Source of the DNA: a virus
Lineage: Duplodnaviria > Caudoviricetes
Virus record (IMG/VR): IMGVR_UViG_2895847146_000001
Span: 1-64,000 of that record
DNA length: 64,000 nt
Strand: one strand, 5' to 3'
Within the stretch, counting starts at the first letter, position 1. The number at the start of each line of letters is the position of its first letter. The translations under genes and the position numbers were made by a program. Positions 40,882-49,868 of the stretch are shown in pieces. The notes beneath the pieces are model-generated. The model saw nothing but the letters and a program-made list of their open reading frames with translations. It did not search any database and was not told the origin of the DNA.

Positions 40882-41088
40882 GTGCATATACGTTCTTCTT
40901 TTTTTTGCTTGCTCTTAGTACTTCTACGGTTGCTCAAAAGTACGAGTACAAAGGGCTGCAGAACTTTCCTGGATAGTACTACCCACAAAGTGAGCTATTC
41001 CGGCGTTATCGAAGTGCCAGGCGTTACCCAAGCCAAGCTTCTCACCAAAATCAAAGCCTTGCTACAGGCAATTACCGTTCAGCCGTAG
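40882..41088 (+). pseudogene. Truncated secreted-protein remnant (DUF4468-like start)
   Basis: DSTTHKVSYSGVIEVPGVTQ..L cut off by the integrase 3' end. Confidence 0.4.
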
Positions 41089-42368
41089 ATGCCCCAGTCA
41101 GCTGGGCCATCGGTGCCGGTGGCCCGCATCGGTAGGCGCTCGGGCCCAATGTCCAGCGGATGCTTACGCGGCGCGCCGAACACCCGATTGATATCCTCGG
41201 CAATCGTCTTGTCCAGAATCTTGGCGTAGATGCGCTCGGTCATCTTGATGCTGGAGTGGCCCAGGATTTTGCTGACGACTTCCATGCGCACGCCGGCATT
41301 GAGCAGCAACACGCCGGCCGTCTTGCGGCCGATATGCGTGGTCAGACGTTCCACACTCAAGCCGCACAACGCGGCCACCTCTTTCAAGTAGCGGTTATAG
41401 TTCTGGTTGGAGATGACCGGCAGCTGCTGCTCATAGCGGGCCAGGATGCGCTCGGCCTCGGGAAGCAGTGGCACGATACACTCGTAGGGTTTATCCATCG
41501 TGCTCTTCTGACGAACGATCTTCAGCCAGCGGCGCCCGTCATGGCCCCGGCTCACGTCCCGTGGTATGCGCAGATTCGCTAGGTCAGCATACGCTAGCCC
41601 TGTCCAGCATTGAAACACGAAGCAATCGGCCGCACGCTGCACCGCCTGTAGGGAAAAAGGATAGTAGCTGACTCTGCCCAGCTCATCCAGGTCCAGGAAG
41701 ATGAGTTCTTTCGGGGCGGCCTTGCGCATGGTGTAGCCGGCCATGGGATTCGTGGTCAGGTGCTTGCGCCGTATGCCCCAAAGCAGGACCTGCTTCACAC
41801 ATTCCAGCGTCTTTTGCGCGTAGGGCTTCCCAGCACTTTTGGAGAGACGCAGCCAGTGGAAGTAGGCATCGGCCGTATTGTGGTCGAACGTTTCGGGCCG
41901 CATGTCCAACTCCTCCCGGGCTTTTAGAAAGGCCTCCAACGAGCGACGACGGGTGCGGTACACGGCCAGGGTCGAAGTCGAGATTTCTACATCGACCAAC
42001 GAGGCCTTTTCTTGTAGGAAGCTATCGAATAGCTCCAGCAGGTTCAGCTTCGAATAGCCTCCTGCCTTGTAGAGCTTCACCAGCGCGGCGGCGGTGTAGG
42101 GGGTTTTCTCACGAATGAAATGATCTTCCAATTCCTCGAAGGCGTCCCGTACTCGTTTGAGCTTTGCATTGGCGTAATCGGCGGCTTCTCCCCTACCCTT
42201 CACCCGTTGCTGCCCTGGGTTCCAATCTTTATAGAGCACCTTCACCTCGGTTGCAAACGGCGTCGTCTGCTCGCCATCGACAGTGACACGGACAGTAATC
42301 GTACCGGGCCGCGCCTTGTCTGTGGTGTTGGCGCGGAATAAGAATCGAATGAGCATGCGCTGTTTCAT
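41079..42368 (-). CDS. int: Tyrosine integrase of prophage A
   Basis: Arm-binding N-terminus, WTGLAYAD, H.GRKT, ILGHSSI.MTE.IY. Confidence 0.92.
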   Translation of the reverse strand: MKQRMLIRFLFRANTTDKARPGTITVRVTVDGEQTTPFATEVKVLYKDWNPGQQRVKGRGEAADYANAKLKRVRDAFEELEDHFIREKTPYTAAALVKLYKAGGYSKLNLLELFDSFLQEKASLVDVEISTSTLAVYRTRRRSLEAFLKAREELDMRPETFDHNTADAYFHWLRLSKSAGKPYAQKTLECVKQVLLWGIRRKHLTTNPMAGYTMRKAAPKELIFLDLDELGRVSYYPFSLQAVQRAADCFVFQCWTGLAYADLANLRIPRDVSRGHDGRRWLKIVRQKSTMDKPYECIVPLLPEAERILARYEQQLPVISNQNYNRYLKEVAALCGLSVERLTTHIGRKTAGVLLLNAGVRMEVVSKILGHSSIKMTERIYAKILDKTIAEDINRVFGAPRKHPLDIGPERLPMRATGTDGPADWGIYG

Positions 42369-42534
42369 GGCCAACCATTTTGACTAATCTGGTTGGCAAT
42401 TTTACTAAGAAGGTTATCGGATAGATACAGCGCAACGGGGGTTGTATCCAAAAGTAATTGCTGTATACAGGGCTGTATACAAAACTCAAACCGCCTTTAC
42501 TGCCCAAAAACCGCGTTTTCACTAGCGTAAGGGC

Positions 42535-42570
42535 AAAAAAGAAGCCCCGTTCCAAAGCTGAAACGGGGCT
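42535..42570 (-). terminator. Terminator after tRNA-Ser
   Basis: AGCCCCGTT-loop-AACGGGGCT followed by a U-tract on the minus strand. Confidence 0.75.
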
Positions 42571-42585
42571 GCAAGCACTCAGATG

Positions 42586-42670
42586 CAGAGGAGGAGGGAT
42601 TCGAACCCCCGGACCTTTAACAGTCAACGGTTTTCAAGACCGCCGCAATCGACCACTCTGCCACTCCTCT
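42586..42670 (-). tRNA. tRNA-Ser(TGA)
   Basis: AGAGGAG/CTCCTCT acceptor, anticodon loop CTTGAAA, long variable arm, GGGGG-TTCGAAT-CCCTC T-arm, G73. Confidence 0.95.
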
Positions 42671-42715
42671 AAAAGCATTCAACAGCCTTGGGGGCTGTTA
42701 AATGGTAACTAACAA

Positions 42716-42730
42716 TGCAGAGAGGGGGGA
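42716..42730 (-). repeat. Candidate att core: 3' fragment of a second tRNA-Ser-like gene
   Basis: Minus strand TCCCCCCTCTCTGCA resembles a tRNA-Ser 3' end, 45 bp upstream of tRNA-Ser(TGA) and beside integrase B. Confidence 0.55.
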
Positions 42731-42860
42731 ACTCAAGTTTCAGACGCCCCAGAACACTCATTGTCTTCCCGGCCACGTTCTGGCCGATTGACATTGCAAA
42801 TATAAACACCTTTTTAGCTTGGTTGTACACGGTTTGTTCTACTTATGTTATACAACTGTT

Positions 42861-44291
42861 CTACTGGTTCTGAGACTCAGGACCATATAATTCATGGGCG
42901 CGGTGGGCCAGCTGGTCTTTTTCCAGCGAGCCGGCGTATCGTTCGGTTTGTTCAACGCTTTCGTGGTTGAGCATGTCGCGCAGGTCGAAAGAGCCGACGC
43001 CCTTTCGGCGGGCCATTGCCGTGAAGGAATGGCGGGCTACGTGGTTGGTGATGTGCTTCTGAATGCCAGCGTGCTCGGTGGCTACTTTCTTAATGTATTG
43101 GTTTAATAAGGTGGTCAAGGATTCAATGCGCTTGAGCAGGGCCACGTAGTGCGCCCGGAACTCGTGGCTTTCTTCGAGCTGGGTGACGCTCCAGCCTTCG
43201 GGGTATTTGGTGTACCACTCCCGGGCATCGAGCAGGGGCAGCACGAAGTCGTTTTCCGTAACGTGGCCCGCATAGCGGTGCAGCACCCGGTCCAGGCGCT
43301 CGTGGCGGGCCACGGTCTTCCACTTGCCGGTTTTCTGCTCCTGAAATTTAATGTCCTGCTGCACCGTGCGCCAGCGCAGCAGCAGCACGTCGGCCACCCG
43401 GGCGCCGAATAGATAATACTGCAGCAGCCAGGCGTCGCGCGAAACCTGGTACCACTTCTCGGCGGGCAGCTCCACGGTTTCCAGGGCCAGCACCTCCTCG
43501 TCGGATAGCTTTTCCTTTTCCTTGGCCTCCCCGGTACCCAGGCTCATGCGCTTGAAAGGGTTCTGGTGGTATTCGAGTTTGTTATCATCAATGGCCAGGG
43601 CCACGATGGTTTTGATAAAGGAGAGTTCTTTGGCCGGGGTCTGGCCCTTGTTGCCTACTACTTTTTCCAGCCACACGCGGTAGTCGCGGATAAAGGAGGC
43701 CGTCAACTCCGAGAAGGGCAACGGGCGGGCGGGCTGGCCCTCGGTCAGGGGAACCCAGCCCGTGAGCAGTTGGGAGCGGTCCGCACCGTCGGCAATCTTT
43801 TTCAGGCGGCCGGGCTTCATGCTTGGATCTATCCAGCCCCGGTACACCTTGAGCTTGTTGAGAATGCTTTCCAGCTTCTCAGCGGAGCGGGGGTTGCCGT
43901 GCACCTTGCGGCGAGCTACTTCCTTGGCAAAGTAGGCCAGAAAGTCTTCCTGGGCGGGCGTGGGCGCGGCCGGGGCCTTGCCGGGCTCGTGGCCGGCCTT
44001 CACCGCATCACGCCACGCCGCCGAAGTCAGGGTGGGGTCGTAGTTAATCCAGGCCATGGCCAGCTTGAGGCGGCGCTGAATGGTTTTGTTGAAGGACTCG
44101 GCGCCCGTGTTCTTGCTACGAATCCAGTTCGGCTTCTGCAGGCTGCCGTCTTCGTTCCAGTCCTTTTCAGGGACGGCAAAGCCCAGGCTCAGGTATTTGG
44201 CCTGGCGGTTGACGGTAAACACTAAGTTGACCGGGCGCGGCCCACCCGGTTGCAAGGCGGGCCGCAGAATGGCTTTGCAGGTAGCGGCCAT
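42861..44291 (-). CDS. int: Tyrosine integrase of prophage B
   Basis: GARVAD, QKTGK, HVARHSF, LNHESVEQTERY. Confidence 0.92.
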   Translation of the reverse strand: MAATCKAILRPALQPGGPRPVNLVFTVNRQAKYLSLGFAVPEKDWNEDGSLQKPNWIRSKNTGAESFNKTIQRRLKLAMAWINYDPTLTSAAWRDAVKAGHEPGKAPAAPTPAQEDFLAYFAKEVARRKVHGNPRSAEKLESILNKLKVYRGWIDPSMKPGRLKKIADGADRSQLLTGWVPLTEGQPARPLPFSELTASFIRDYRVWLEKVVGNKGQTPAKELSFIKTIVALAIDDNKLEYHQNPFKRMSLGTGEAKEKEKLSDEEVLALETVELPAEKWYQVSRDAWLLQYYLFGARVADVLLLRWRTVQQDIKFQEQKTGKWKTVARHERLDRVLHRYAGHVTENDFVLPLLDAREWYTKYPEGWSVTQLEESHEFRAHYVALLKRIESLTTLLNQYIKKVATEHAGIQKHITNHVARHSFTAMARRKGVGSFDLRDMLNHESVEQTERYAGSLEKDQLAHRAHELYGPESQNQ

Positions 44292-44399
44292 AGGAAATCA
44301 GGGAAAGGAATGGGGTGTAAGCAGGGAGCCAGCCCCGTTTCCGGAGCGGTTGCAGCAGTAAAAGTTGCACGCAACTTCCCTGTAAAGTAAAAAAACAGC

Positions 44400-45134
44400 T
44401 TAGCGAATCGGAGCCCGTTCCGCGAACTCCTGGACCAGCCACATGGAGCGTATCTGGTTGCGGGGCACGGGGTACGGAGACATGGGCGTTTCCGAATCCG
44501 AGTGCAGCATCAGGAAGCCCTGGGTGGACAAATCGTTGCCGTGGATGCGTTTAATAACTAGGTATTCTCCAAAACAAATAATCACTACCCGCTCGTAAAT
44601 GGAGTGCCATTTCGCTTCGGCAATGAGGTCTGCCACCACTTTAGAGCCGTGGGGCAGGGTCTTTTCCATACTGTCTCCGTTCACTTCGAAGATAGCGGAA
44701 TTAGCATATTTGTTTCCCGGATCATTGGCTAGGGTCAGCTTGAATGTATCCAGGCTGGCGAGCGACTTAATAACATTGGATGAAGCCATTTCTGCAAAGC
44801 CCGCGCGGGCCACAATAGGTATGTAAGGTAGGTCGAGAGCAAACGCGCGAGGGTATTCGTCTGGTACAATTTTAACATTGTTTTCGACCAACGGCACGTC
44901 TCCACCGTGCAACATAGCCAGTTCGTCGGGCAATAACAATTGTTCTAATGGATAATCGAACACTTGCGCAATCTTTTCGCGCATATCACGCTTGGGAAAA
45001 CTCTTGCCTTCCACCCAGCGCGTTACGGTAGACTTGTCTACTCCTAGCATTGCAGCGAACTTATTGTTGCGCAACTTCCTCTCTTCTAAAATCCGCTGGA
45101 TTAACATATTTATGGTACTTGGCGTGGTTGGCAT
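44400..45134 (-). CDS. CI-like repressor (XRE HTH + S24 peptidase)
   Basis: FAAMLGVDKSTVTRWVEG, ARAG, VNGDSME, VIKRI. Confidence 0.9.
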   Translation of the reverse strand: MPTTPSTINMLIQRILEERKLRNNKFAAMLGVDKSTVTRWVEGKSFPKRDMREKIAQVFDYPLEQLLLPDELAMLHGGDVPLVENNVKIVPDEYPRAFALDLPYIPIVARAGFAEMASSNVIKSLASLDTFKLTLANDPGNKYANSAIFEVNGDSMEKTLPHGSKVVADLIAEAKWHSIYERVVIICFGEYLVIKRIHGNDLSTQGFLMLHSDSETPMSPYPVPRNQIRSMWLVQEFAERAPIR

Positions 45135-45254
45135 TGGAGAGATTGAAGAATATGCAACTTTTTAGACAATTTCCTTGCAACTGACTAGGAATTGTTGCGC
45201 ACATCTTGCAACTTTGTTCTACTTCCAATGAGGATGCAACTAAGGTACGCAACT
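45066..45254. promoter_or_regulatory. Operator region of the CI/Cro switch
   Basis: Clustered (T/C)GCAACT at 45153, 45176, 45207, 45235, 45248 plus GTTGC copies between the divergent genes. Confidence 0.55.
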
Positions 45255-45343
45255 ATTCCAGAAATCGTTGTACGCGGCTTCCAAAAAAGTTCCACCGCGC
45301 TTCCACAAAGGTTGTTAAAACCGCTTCAAAATAGAACCAGCCG

Positions 45344-45604
45344 ATGAGTTTAGATCTTGAAAAGCTGCGCAAATCCCTGCTGAAAGGCGAAAGAAGGAAG
45401 ATTGAGGAGAAAGCAGGCGTGAAAAAATCCACGGTGCACGCTGTCCTCACCGGGAAAATAATCGGCACGCCTACAGTTGCACGAGTCGTCACGGCGGCAA
45501 TGGAGGTGGTAAAGGAGCGGGAACGTTCCCAGGAACGGCAAATCAACAAGGTTGCAACTTTCCTTGAAGAACGTGCAACAAAATTGAAAACCGCGCAACC
45601 ATGA
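45344..45604 (+). CDS. Cro-like HTH protein
   Basis: IEEKAGVKKSTVHAVLTG; divergent from CI. Confidence 0.75.
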   Translation: MSLDLEKLRKSLLKGERRKIEEKAGVKKSTVHAVLTGKIIGTPTVARVVTAAMEVVKERERSQERQINKVATFLEERATKLKTAQP

Positions 45605-45975
45605 CCATGACTGCCCGTTACCCCGCCCCCACCCCGCTGGCTTCGTTGCTGGCCCAGGCTGACTCCCTGGCCTTTACGCAGGTGGAACACCACGACTCCT
45701 TATTTAAGGAGCTGCTGGCGGCCGTGAAAACCCTGGCCCTGGAGGTGCAGACGCTCAAAGAAGGACAGGCCGAATGGGTCAGCCAGAAAGAGGCCATGAA
45801 GCTATGCGGCCGTAGCCGCGCCTGGTTCTACGAGCAGCGCAACCGAGACACGTTACCCATCCGGGTGCTGCCGCCGACCAAGGGCAGCCGTGAAGTGAAA
45901 TACAACCGGGCTGATTGCCTGGCCTACGCCCAGGCCAACCTTATTGCTCCACCGCCTACTCAGCAACTCCAATGA
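45601..45975 (+). CDS. Excisionase-like HTH protein
   Basis: WVSQKEAMKLCGRSRAWFY...VKYNR.D. Confidence 0.7.
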   Translation: MTMTARYPAPTPLASLLAQADSLAFTQVEHHDSLFKELLAAVKTLALEVQTLKEGQAEWVSQKEAMKLCGRSRAWFYEQRNRDTLPIRVLPPTKGSREVKYNRADCLAYAQANLIAPPPTQQLQ

Positions 45976-46235
45976 AACGCACCTCACAGAAGCAGCTGCT
46001 TACCGATTTTGCCACCGAGGCCGCCGCCCTGGGCGCCCGCTACGGAGTAAACCACATCTACACCAAGCACGACCCGCGCAGTGAAGGCGGCCCCTACAGC
46101 TGCTTTTTCCGGCTGCTGACGGATGCCATGCACCAGCAGGCGGCCGGCGCCTACACCCCCGAGGATGCGCTGGAAAACTTGGAGGACGCCCTGTATCAGG
46201 CCCACCGAGACAACAAAACCTTTTCGGCCAATTAA
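45972..46235 (+). CDS. Phage hypothetical protein
   Basis: Coupled ORF (ATGA overlap). Confidence 0.6.
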   Translation: MKRTSQKQLLTDFATEAAALGARYGVNHIYTKHDPRSEGGPYSCFFRLLTDAMHQQAAGAYTPEDALENLEDALYQAHRDNKTFSAN

Positions 46236-46274
46236 CACCTCTTCCCCTCCCTAACCTCTTCTACCTCCTACGTC

Positions 46275-46658
46275 ATGAACAACACCACAAAATCTCAGAC
46301 CATGAACACTACAACATTCGGAGCGGCCATTGAAGCCGCAAAAGACGGTTTCAAAATCACTCGCTCGGGCTGGAATGGCAAGGGTATGTGGCTGATAATG
46401 TTTAGTCACTCGACTTTCATCACCGTGGATACTAACGATGGGGAAGTCGTGCCAAATGATATTTCCGAGCTAGGCTATTGCGCACACATTGGCGACGAGG
46501 GCACTCGCATCGAGCACATAGGTATCACCGATACGGGCGCCGACTTCTATCCAATCAGCGACTTCCTTTTGATGAAAACTGCTGACAACAAAGTGGTTCC
46601 GTGGCTTGCATCACAAACTGATGTGCTGGCTGAAGACTGGCTTATCCTGCCCCGCTAA
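46275..46658 (+). CDS. DUF2829 / Tad2-like anti-defence sponge protein
   Basis: TFG.AIEA.K.G.K..R.GWNGKGMW ... MKTAD...VPWLASQTD.LAEDW. Confidence 0.85.
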   Translation: MNNTTKSQTMNTTTFGAAIEAAKDGFKITRSGWNGKGMWLIMFSHSTFITVDTNDGEVVPNDISELGYCAHIGDEGTRIEHIGITDTGADFYPISDFLLMKTADNKVVPWLASQTDVLAEDWLILPR

Positions 46659-46727
46659 CACCCCCAAGCAAAAAGCTCGGCTGCTACTGGACATAGCGCC
46701 GGGCCCCACACAGAATTCAAACACACT

Positions 46728-47000
46728 ATGCTGTTACTCCTGCTTGCCCTCTCGCTTTTCAGCCACCAGCAGCCCGAACCCGCCGAACCAGGGACGGACC
46801 CTGAAAGCACCGAGCTGGTGCGCCAACTGGCCGCCCAACACCACCTCAACGAAGCGGCCATTATTCGACTCCGCGCCGTCTGCCGGCCGTTCGATGCGCA
46901 GCTGGCCCAGGCCACGCCCGAGGAACAAGCCGCTATTCGCCTGCAGCGCGAAGCCGCCATTCACTCCCTTCTCACACAATACTATGCAACCAGCAAATGA
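46728..47000 (+). CDS. Phage hypothetical protein
   Basis: 90-aa ORF with a hydrophobic N-terminus. Confidence 0.5.
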   Translation: MLLLLLALSLFSHQQPEPAEPGTDPESTELVRQLAAQHHLNEAAIIRLRAVCRPFDAQLAQATPEEQAAIRLQREAAIHSLLTQYYATSK

Positions 47001-47356
47001 AAAACGGCAATTCCCGGCCCGCCTTGCGGCCCGCCACCCGCGAACTGGTACAGCGTTTCGCCGTCGGCGCCGTGCTCTGCGCCGTCTTGTATATACTCTG
47101 GTCGATGCTCCACTTCCCCATCCGGCCCCTCTGGTAAAACCCATCCGGGTTATTCGGGCCACTGCCAGCCGGCTTACGGCGGCCATGCGCATGCACTTGT
47201 TTAATGACTACGACTCTGCTTACGACCAGCCCCGATGAAACATCACTCCATTTTCACCCGCGTTATCGGCCTCTTTCTACTCTGCATCATTTTCCCCTGC
47301 ATCTGGCTGGGCTACAAGATTTTCTCTTAATTTTTTTCACTCCAACCCCTTACCCA

Positions 47357-47791
47357 ATGGAAACGCTACTGTATCCAAATGCTGATGAGCAGACGCGCCG
47401 CGACATGCTCGAATCCGAAGCCTTCAAAGTCGTTGACGGCGAAAAGTATGACCGGCGCCTGAGTGACGCGGAAATCGAAGACCGTCGCCACGAGGCTGTT
47501 AAGTTGCTCGACAAGCAGGACGAGCTGGCCGTGGAGAAGAAAGAAGTGATGGATGACTTCAAGGCCCGGGCCAGCAGCCTGAACAAAAAGCTAAGCACCC
47601 TGCGCCAGGAAGCCCGCACGGGTGTCACCAACGAAACCGGTAAGCTCTACTACATTCCCGATTACGACGCACGCCGGATGGGTATTTACAACGGCGCCGG
47701 CGAACTGATTAATAGCCGTGGCCTGCTGCCCGAGGAGCGCCAGCAGAATATGTTTGCCTCACGCGGCGGCGCTTCCGGCACGGAAGGCTAA
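47357..47791 (+). CDS. Phage hypothetical coiled-coil protein
   Basis: Strong codon bias; start moved to ATG 47357. Confidence 0.7.
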   Translation: METLLYPNADEQTRRDMLESEAFKVVDGEKYDRRLSDAEIEDRRHEAVKLLDKQDELAVEKKEVMDDFKARASSLNKKLSTLRQEARTGVTNETGKLYYIPDYDARRMGIYNGAGELINSRGLLPEERQQNMFASRGGASGTEG

Positions 47792-47846
47792 GCCTACCCG
47801 CCCCCTCCCCTGTCCCTATTTTCCATAGATCAATAACACCTTTCGT

Positions 47847-48563
47847 ATGTCTACTACCCCCACAGAGCACTTCACGTTCGAAACCCCCGGTACCCACACC
47901 ATCGTGCACGTTCAGGGCGCCCCCGAGCGCGAGCCCAAAGCCCTAACCTATACCGGCCGCATTGACGCGCCCAGCAGCTTCCTCAAGCCCAAGGAAGGCA
48001 ACTACGACCCCAAGCGGGCCACGGCAACCATCGACACGGACGCTGGCTCCATTACATTGGTGCTGGACGAAAAAGAGCACGCCACCGATACCATTACCGG
48101 CAAGCTGGAGCCCGAAACCTCCTTGGTGGACCTGGGTGTCAACAGCGCGACCAAGAAATACGACTCCAAGGACCTGGCCAAGGTGGTCAAGCGCCTGGGC
48201 CACCTGTTTCCGAATCGCGAGGAGCACGTTACGCTGATGGCGCGGCTCAACAACTTCTCGGCCCGCGTGACCAAGTTTACCGAGGACAATCTGGCCACCA
48301 GTGGCAATGCCAAGAAAAGCCTGGAGACGGTGGTTGATGGCTTCGACCCGATTTCTTTCAAGCTGCAGGCTCCCGTGTTCAAAGGTGGCGAGAAGCAGAT
48401 CATTCGAGTGGATGTGGGCGTGGACGCGAGCAGCAACAACGTGCTGCTGTTCCTCGACTCGCAGGACTTGTATGACCTGGACGCCTCGCTGCGCCAGGAA
48501 CTGCTGAAGAAGGAAGCCGAGTATTTCACCTCGCTGGGTGTAGCCGTACTCTATAAGTCGTAA
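47847..48563 (+). CDS. Phage hypothetical protein (possibly DUF2303/YfdQ-like)
   Basis: 238 aa, P.SFKL..PVFKG motif, strong codon bias. Confidence 0.55.
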   Translation: MSTTPTEHFTFETPGTHTIVHVQGAPEREPKALTYTGRIDAPSSFLKPKEGNYDPKRATATIDTDAGSITLVLDEKEHATDTITGKLEPETSLVDLGVNSATKKYDSKDLAKVVKRLGHLFPNREEHVTLMARLNNFSARVTKFTEDNLATSGNAKKSLETVVDGFDPISFKLQAPVFKGGEKQIIRVDVGVDASSNNVLLFLDSQDLYDLDASLRQELLKKEAEYFTSLGVAVLYKS

Positions 48564-48628
48564 TTCCTCACCGCCGCGCCCGGAATCTGCTGGGCGCGGC
48601 ACTTTTCAACCTGTTGACTCAAAAGTAA

Positions 48629-49609
48629 ATGGCCAACCAGCAGAAGACAGAACCCAATACCAAAAACCTCTACCAGCGCATCCGGGCGGTTATGGAGGAT
48701 GTGGAGTACCTGCAAAAGGACAAAGAGGTATCCACGGGCGGCGCCGGCTCCTACAAAGCCCTGAGCGAGGAAACCGTAACCAAGAACGTGCGCGAGGCCA
48801 TGATCCGCCACGGGCTGGTTATCCTGCCCATCGGCCAGGAGCACCACTTGGTAGACCATGTGCGCGGCCCGGGCAAGGTGGTCAGCCTGACTACCGTAAA
48901 CACACAGTATAAGATTGTCAACGTGGACAATCCAACTGAGTTTGAAATTCTGGCCTCGTCGGGCACCGGCGTAGACAGCCAGGACAAGGGCGTGGGCAAG
49001 GCCATGACCTACAGCTATAAGTACTTGCTGTTGCGCACCTTCGGTATTGCCACCGGCCGCGACGCCGACAGCGTAGGCAACGCCGAGCTGGAACGCGAGC
49101 AGGCCCTGGCCGCCCAAAAGGCCATTGATGCTGCTATTCTTCTGCTGGAAGGAGCCACTACTGAAAAGGAGCTGAAGCAGGTAGGCGTCAAGGATTACAT
49201 GACGGACCCAAAGTACAAGGCGGCAGCCCTGGCCGCCAACAATCGAATCAAGGCAGCCGAGGCCAACGCGCTGGCTACGGAAACCGCCGCTCCACCCGTT
49301 GCTGCGGAAAAAAGTGGTGAGGCCAAACCGGAAGCCAAGGCCATGAAAGCCGTGCCGACGGAGCCCGAGCACCCTGGCACCGAAATTTCAGACGCTGAGG
49401 CCCCAGCACAGCCAGCAGTAGCGTATGCAACCGCCGCGCAGAAAGAGGAAATCATTCGCCTGCTCAACCATCCGGTAATTACCCGGCAGGAAAAGACGAA
49501 GATGCTGCTGAACGTCAACCGCCTGGATGAGGACAAAGCGGCGTCTGCCATTGCCAAGCTCAAAAAGGCCATCGAAGACCGTGAGAATGGCGAATCAGCC
49601 GCCGCGTAG
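48629..49609 (+). CDS. ERF-family single-strand annealing protein
   Basis: LQKDK..YKALSE..HGLV..G.G.DSQDKGVGKAMTY..KY.L...F.I.TG.D.D. Confidence 0.85.
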   Translation: MANQQKTEPNTKNLYQRIRAVMEDVEYLQKDKEVSTGGAGSYKALSEETVTKNVREAMIRHGLVILPIGQEHHLVDHVRGPGKVVSLTTVNTQYKIVNVDNPTEFEILASSGTGVDSQDKGVGKAMTYSYKYLLLRTFGIATGRDADSVGNAELEREQALAAQKAIDAAILLLEGATTEKELKQVGVKDYMTDPKYKAAALAANNRIKAAEANALATETAAPPVAAEKSGEAKPEAKAMKAVPTEPEHPGTEISDAEAPAQPAVAYATAAQKEEIIRLLNHPVITRQEKTKMLLNVNRLDEDKAASAIAKLKKAIEDRENGESAAA

Positions 49610-49868
49610 CCCAGACCACGTATTTATCCTGGTAGCCTTCTCCTGCGACAACTGCGCCGGGGAAGGCTACCTACGGGGCGAGCCGCTGCCGACGGCCTGC
49701 CATCACTGCGACGAGGGCACGCGCTACCGCTGGCTACCCAAAGACCAGGTGCTGGCGGCCGAGGCCACCCACCAAACAGTCACCCGCCTGGCCGACGAGC
49801 TTTCCCCCTACTGGAAACAAGGATTTCACTTACTCCCCAAGCCCCCTGTCAATGGCCCCGATCTTTAG
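49587..49868 (+). CDS. Small zinc-finger protein
   Basis: CDNCAGEG and CHHCDEG. Confidence 0.55.
   Translation: MANQPPRSPDHVFILVAFSCDNCAGEGYLRGEPLPTACHHCDEGTRYRWLPKDQVLAAEATHQTVTRLADELSPYWKQGFHLLPKPPVNGPDL

Larger units (their letters stand above)
1..42600. mobile_element. Prophage A (siphovirus-like), integrated at the 3' end of tRNA-Ser(TGA); left end outside window
   Basis: Replication, terminase, tail, capsid, portal, lysis and tyrosine integrase genes; integrase lies directly downstream of an intact tRNA. Confidence 0.9.

Noticed and set aside
42460-42481. GCTGTATACA direct repeat
   Set aside because: Probably ordinary integrase arm-type sites; cannot be confirmed without the other att
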